Virus record (IMG/VR): IMGVR_UViG_3300043219_000134
Coordinates: 1 to 59,972 of that record
Length of the DNA stretch: 59,972 nucleotides
Origin: a virus
Taxonomy: Duplodnaviria; Caudoviricetes
Direction: 5' to 3' (one strand)
The position numbers were made by a program, and so were the translations under genes. Shown one piece after another: positions 56,103 to 59,972 of the stretch. Under the pieces are notes generated by a model. That model was not told the origin of the DNA. It worked only from the letters and a program-made list of their open reading frames with translations, and searched no databases. How positions within the stretch are numbered: position 1 is the first letter of the stretch; every line of letters begins with the position of its first letter.

Positions 56103-56600
56103 CTATGACGGGTTATTTAATATTCTTGAAGGGTTAAATCCCTTTAAGTGCTGTACTGCTACTGGGATACCATCGGGTCTAGTAATGGCATGCCAGATTT
56201 TTCTAAACAAGATGTAATCTTCTTCCGAGAGCATCCTATTTGTTGTTAATTCATGTAACCTTTTAAGGTACAGTCCTCGACGGATCATATTTTCTTTTAA
56301 CGGGCATGAACCATGCTCCTGATATCTCTTATCGTATGTAACTAGTTTATCTAGTACATACTCGTTGCCTTTTTCCCTGTCTTGCCGTAGTAGACCAATT
56401 TCAGTTATGGCATGACCAGCACTACTGTATATACCAAAGAGCCAATCTATTGACCAGTAGTTTAAAAAGCCTGTCTTATAGATTTTAAGCTCCTCTGCAT
56501 TAGAGAGCCTTTTCTCGTTGGTTACATTTATACGGACTTTCCAATCCTCAGAAGGGGCGCAAGTATATCCGTAAGTAAATCTATTTTTACCGGGTTGCAT
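56103..56600 (-). CDS. Hypothetical protein
   Basis: 165-aa ORF with AGGAG SD. Confidence 0.75.
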   Translation of the reverse strand: MQPGKNRFTYGYTCAPSEDWKVRINVTNEKRLSNAEELKIYKTGFLNYWSIDWLFGIYSSAGHAITEIGLLRQDREKGNEYVLDKLVTYDKRYQEHGSCPLKENMIRRGLYLKRLHELTTNRMLSEEDYILFRKIWHAITRPDGIPVAVQHLKGFNPSRILNNPS

Positions 56601-56602
56601 AT

Positions 56603-57151
56603 TTACTCCTTTCTCATTCGGGCAATCTCGATGTCGATTACGGAAGCTAGTTCCGTTTCGGAATTAGTAAGTATCGTAAAGGACTTACTACGGGATCGGT
56701 CTTCGTCCTGATCGTTATGGAAGGTGTAAAAGTTACCCTCTGGATAGATCACTAAGACCGGACATTTCCAACGGGGGAGATCCATTGCATCGACTATGTG
56801 CATTTTCTCTTTAAAACCAGACATTTCTAGGTGGGTCTGTAATAGGCGCACCATTGCATTATGAAAGTGCAGATTGATAATGTCTGCTCCGGCATAATAA
56901 ATATTGATGGTCTTTTTTTCCGAGATATTAAGTTCTTTTACTACTTGGACTAATTCTTCTTCGGTAGCATTCTCGACACGCTCTTTAAGACGGAACTTCT
57001 CTAAGTCATCTTCATCTTTTTGTTTTTTGTCAAAGCTTTTTTTAAGCATCGACATTACCCAACCTATAATAAATATTACTAACCCCCAGAATAATGCAAC
57101 GTAGAAATGACTTCCTAGTGACCATTCATGGACTTTTAATAAAATTTCCAT
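56603..57151 (-). CDS. Membrane-anchored protein, possible degenerate thioredoxin-like ferredoxin domain
   Basis: N-terminal TM; CPVLVIYPEGNFY. Confidence 0.55.
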   Translation of the reverse strand: MEILLKVHEWSLGSHFYVALFWGLVIFIIGWVMSMLKKSFDKKQKDEDDLEKFRLKERVENATEEELVQVVKELNISEKKTINIYYAGADIINLHFHNAMVRLLQTHLEMSGFKEKMHIVDAMDLPRWKCPVLVIYPEGNFYTFHNDQDEDRSRSKSFTILTNSETELASVIDIEIARMRKE

Positions 57152-57193
57152 AAGTTCTCCTTTTATTTTTTATTTCCTGTCTATACAGGATAA

Positions 57194-57233
57194 AGCAACA
57201 AGGGGAGTCGAACCCCTCCAATACCTTTTTGCT
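57194..57233 (-). ncRNA. tRNA-like minihelix
   Basis: AGCAAAA...AGGGG-TTCGACT-CCCCT-TGTTGCT. Confidence 0.7.
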
Positions 57234-57489
57234 AACTGCTCTCACTAGCTTGATTTGCTTTTAGTTTTTCTAATCTCTCTTCTAAATCAGCTATTTCGTT
57301 CTGTATTAATTCTGACTCAGTAAATCTCTTCTGTGCATCATACCGCATGGAACCACCTGTTTCACCCATTTCCTGTACTACTAAATGGGTTGCCCCGTTT
57401 TCTTTAGCAGATTTAAGAAAGGTTATAATTTCATCTATAGGGTTTTGACAACTACCTGTAAATATATTTACAGTCTTACTAAAATTCAT
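57232..57489 (-). CDS. Hypothetical protein
   Basis: Start at MNFSK after AAGGAG. Confidence 0.75.
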   Translation of the reverse strand: MNFSKTVNIFTGSCQNPIDEIITFLKSAKENGATHLVVQEMGETGGSMRYDAQKRFTESELIQNEIADLEERLEKLKANQASESS

Positions 57490-57539
57490 ATTGTCTCCTT
57501 TTATTCTTAAAGCAACGGGGCAGTTTGACCCACCCAAGA

Positions 57540-58768
57540 AACTCTTTTGTCTCTCTGAACATCCCCGAAGGGACTTCGCGTCACTATTTATTTAGAAGTA
57601 TTTTTGTTAATTTTATTTAGCTTCGTGCTTAAGTAATAGTGCTCGCTTATGGTATGGCGCTTTCATCGGGGTCTAAGTGGGGAATCATTCCTGATTTCCA
57701 TATCGCCAAGGTTGCTAATCCCTGTTGTGCGCCTTTCTATATTTGACCTTCAACTACTATTACTCCCCTTCCTTTACGACAGGTGTATTTTAATAAACAA
57801 TACTTTTGTCTTCGGCATGGGGCACATGACCAGATTTCTTACCGTCTGGCTTGGTCGAGTCACTTCTGACTCGTAACACATTGGTAGGTTGAGAAAGTCC
57901 TCGAGATTACTTATCGCCCATAAGGACTATAAATTGGTAATCTTTTTAACTCAACAGTAGTTTCAAGCATTCTGGAATTGTCTGTTCCTAGAATAACTAT
58001 CATGCAAATAGACTATCTTAAAGCAGTAATATGTTCTTTTCCACCGACTCTCACGGCTACCCACTTCGTCTACAAGCGACCTTTTTGTCCACGGGGTATT
58101 ACCCCGATTCGTGTTTGGGTTTCCTAGTCCCTCAACCGCGCAAGCCTTACTCTCACACTCTTTGCGGTTTCTACCTGCCAGTTAATATTTCAATGATCTA
58201 AACCACCTACTACTAAATATCTGACTCTGTCCATGCGACTGTAGAATATATCTCAATTCCATCTCGCCCCGTCTTGGACTTAATTATTTATTGGGCTATA
58301 TCTCGTCCCGTAGTGTTCACTGATTATACTGGTTGAACTCCCAGATTTAGACTTGTGTAATATAAGCCTGAAAGGGTTAACTTGGCTTTGAACCATAATC
58401 TATAACTGCACTATAAATAGGGTCATATTTCCGTGACTGAATTTGTCTAGTTCAGGCGTGTCTATAAATAGTGTCGGTTACAATTAAATTAACCTTAAGA
58501 GTGTACCGGATGCTTTGATACTAAGTCGCCGATTACTCTCGCCTTTAAATAAATACCCCACTCTATTAGGATAAGTTTGTTAATTAACTAGTCAGCAGAA
58601 GGGGTATCAATCCCAAAATAGACCTGTACGAGATACGATCGGGTTTGACCCTAGTGACACCCCCTTGGACTCACTCGCTCTCTTGGACTCTTTATTATTT
58701 ACCCATGATAACCACCTCCCATTCTTTGTTCTACAACAATGTGTTGTGCAAGTAACCTCTATTAGATA
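57540..58768 (-). ncRNA. Candidate large structured RNA / 1.2-kb leader
   Basis: No sense ORF of 60 aa or more; many hairpins; promoter directly upstream. Confidence 0.55.
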
Positions 58769-58774
58769 CTTACA

Positions 58775-58803
58775 ACTTTAACATGGGGTTAAAAGGTTGT
58801 CAA
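58775..58803 (-). promoter_or_regulatory. Sigma70-type promoter
   Basis: TTGACA-17 bp-TAAAGT with TG extension and AT-rich upstream tract. Confidence 0.8.
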
Positions 58804-58910
58804 GGACTTTTTTTAAAAGTTCAATGGTTTTGCTATTTAACAGGATACTATTTGCAACCTGTTAAAGTCCAATAGAGTATTTAACAACTCTACTTAGGTA
58901 TTCTATAGGG

Positions 58911-59285
58911 TTAACTTAAACCTGTCAACTCTTTTTGTATTTTATTTTGCATTTCTTTTTTCCAGATTATTCTGTAAGACATTTTATAGTTCTCATTTAA
59001 GAACTTATAGAAAGATGGCTTACAAATAGTCTGTTCTGTGAATGTTCCTGTGTATTGCTCCGCACAATATTCATTTATGAAGCGTACCAGAGCTTTTAAC
59101 TGAGAGTAACCATTACTATAATATATATTTGCTACAATAACTAATCGAAATCTATCATGTTTATATACATATGCCTCAGTTATATTTTTATCCTGCCTAG
59201 CTAAGACTAATTTTATTATACCTTTACCATCCAGAGTGTCAGTAATAGCATAACGATTCATAGTATGTTTAATTTTCTCAATCAT
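58911..59285 (-). CDS. Hypothetical protein
   Basis: 124-aa ORF, GGAGG SD. Confidence 0.7.
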   Translation of the reverse strand: MIEKIKHTMNRYAITDTLDGKGIIKLVLARQDKNITEAYVYKHDRFRLVIVANIYYSNGYSQLKALVRFINEYCAEQYTGTFTEQTICKPSFYKFLNENYKMSYRIIWKKEMQNKIQKELTGLS

Positions 59286-59623
59286 AATTTTACCTCCGGT
59301 AATTCTAGTCTAAAGAAGTTTAATAGCTTATTACAAGACTTTTTCCAGTCTCGTTGATTGAGCCGTAGCTTCTTATTTGGTTCTAGTGTATTAAAATGCT
59401 GTCCTGAGTGCTTCTTCTCCTCGGGTAGTAGATTCCTACAGATTACGTTTAACGAGCCGTCACGGTTACGTATAGAGACGGAAAAGAGTTTAAAAGTCTT
59501 TTCTCCCCGTTCGTTATCAGTACCAGTAAAATCAAACTCAACATTAAATAGGTTTGACTTATAGTGGTTATCTGTTAGCCTTACAAGGGCTATTCGATCT
59601 ATATTAAGGCTTTGCTTTTTCAT
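59282..59623 (-). CDS. Hypothetical protein
   Basis: Start at MKKQ after AAGGA. Confidence 0.7.
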   Translation of the reverse strand: MKKQSLNIDRIALVRLTDNHYKSNLFNVEFDFTGTDNERGEKTFKLFSVSIRNRDGSLNVICRNLLPEEKKHSGQHFNTLEPNKKLRLNQRDWKKSCNKLLNFFRLELPEVKL

Positions 59624-59879
59624 GTTGAATCCTTCGCCATTCATTACAGACTTTATTCCAGATTGAAAAATCAATGTCGGACTCCCCCCAGTCAATTTGA
59701 TCTACCCAACTAGATACATCGCGGTATGATTCAAAGACCTCTTTTAAACAGGTAGCTTCAAAAAAGACACCATCAGGTTTAAAACTTCTAAGGTAGGCAC
59801 TATAAAGTCTTTTTGACTTTAAAAAAGTTACAAATTCCTGTTGTTCAGGGGTTAATTTTGATTTTTTATTTTTTAACAC
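59604..59879 (-). CDS. Hypothetical protein
   Basis: 91 aa; follows gene 81-707 across the circular junction. Confidence 0.7.
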   Translation of the reverse strand: MLKNKKSKLTPEQQEFVTFLKSKRLYSAYLRSFKPDGVFFEATCLKEVFESYRDVSSWVDQIDWGESDIDFSIWNKVCNEWRRIQHEKAKP

Positions 59880-59972
59880 GTAGCGCCTCCCAACGTAGTT
59901 TAAGCTTGTTTAGTTCTTTATCCAGTAGTAGACTTGCAGAACTTTCCGACAGTTTAATCGGGGGTTGACCCT
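59786..59972. repeat. Terminal direct repeat / circular assembly overlap, right copy
   Basis: Matches 1-187 with 3 substitutions. Confidence 0.95.

Larger units (their letters stand above)
2715..56779. repeat. Dispersed 9-10 bp motif CTCCCCCGT(C), at least 32 exact copies
   Basis: + strand starts: 2715, 6008, 7947, 11498, 16907, 21686, 24129, 28029, 31285, 32142, 33646, 36267, 36752, 38160, 38838, 41149, 45724, 47485, 52186. As ACGGGGGAG: 3299, 12683, 20505, 23252, 26919, 29415, 32683, 36671, 37935, 40824, 46882, 51706, 56771. Confidence 0.95.

Noticed and set aside
2715-56779. Motif explained as a Shine-Dalgarno or by codon bias
   Set aside because: GGGGGAG precedes a plausible start only at about 32142 and perhaps 36752; most copies are mid-gene, many antisense, in all six frames.
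53743-57233. True tRNA genes at the GGTTCGANTCC hits
   Set aside because: Elements are only 40-64 nt, lack D and anticodon arms and CCA; reported as minihelices instead.
1-59972. Stop-codon reassignment or a temperate lifestyle
   Set aside because: Core genes are intact and densely tiled in the standard code with all three stop codons used; no integrase, repressor switch or partition genes recognised.

Overview
Complete, circularly closed genome (unit length about 59,785 bp; 187-bp end overlap) of an AT-rich dsDNA tailed phage with podovirus-type architecture. The + arm (5.5-31.1 kb) holds terminase, portal, scaffold, capsid, adaptor, fibres, lysis, nozzle and ejection proteins. The - arm (59.9 to 31.4 kb, continuing through 4.9 to 0.1 kb) holds early hypotheticals, an exonuclease/Sak4-like ATPase/SSB module, a family A DNA polymerase with an N-terminal UDG-like domain, a DUF3987-like helicase, MazG-like and GroES genes. 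I recognise no integrase, RNA polymerase or primase. A DUF261-like lysin weakly suggests a spirochaete host. The most striking features are non-coding: (1) a 9-10 bp motif CTCCCCCGT(C) in at least 32 exact copies on both strands, in all six reading frames, with near-alternating orientation; (2) eight intergenic tRNA-like minihelices (acceptor-like stem plus T-arm only) and seven covarying AUAG-tetraloop hairpins in front of early-gene ribosome binding sites; (3) a promoter-driven, hairpin-rich leader of about 1.2 kb and a free-standing promoter-terminator cassette of about 165 nt. All counts were made by eye, and protein calls rest on motif recognition and synteny, not database searches.
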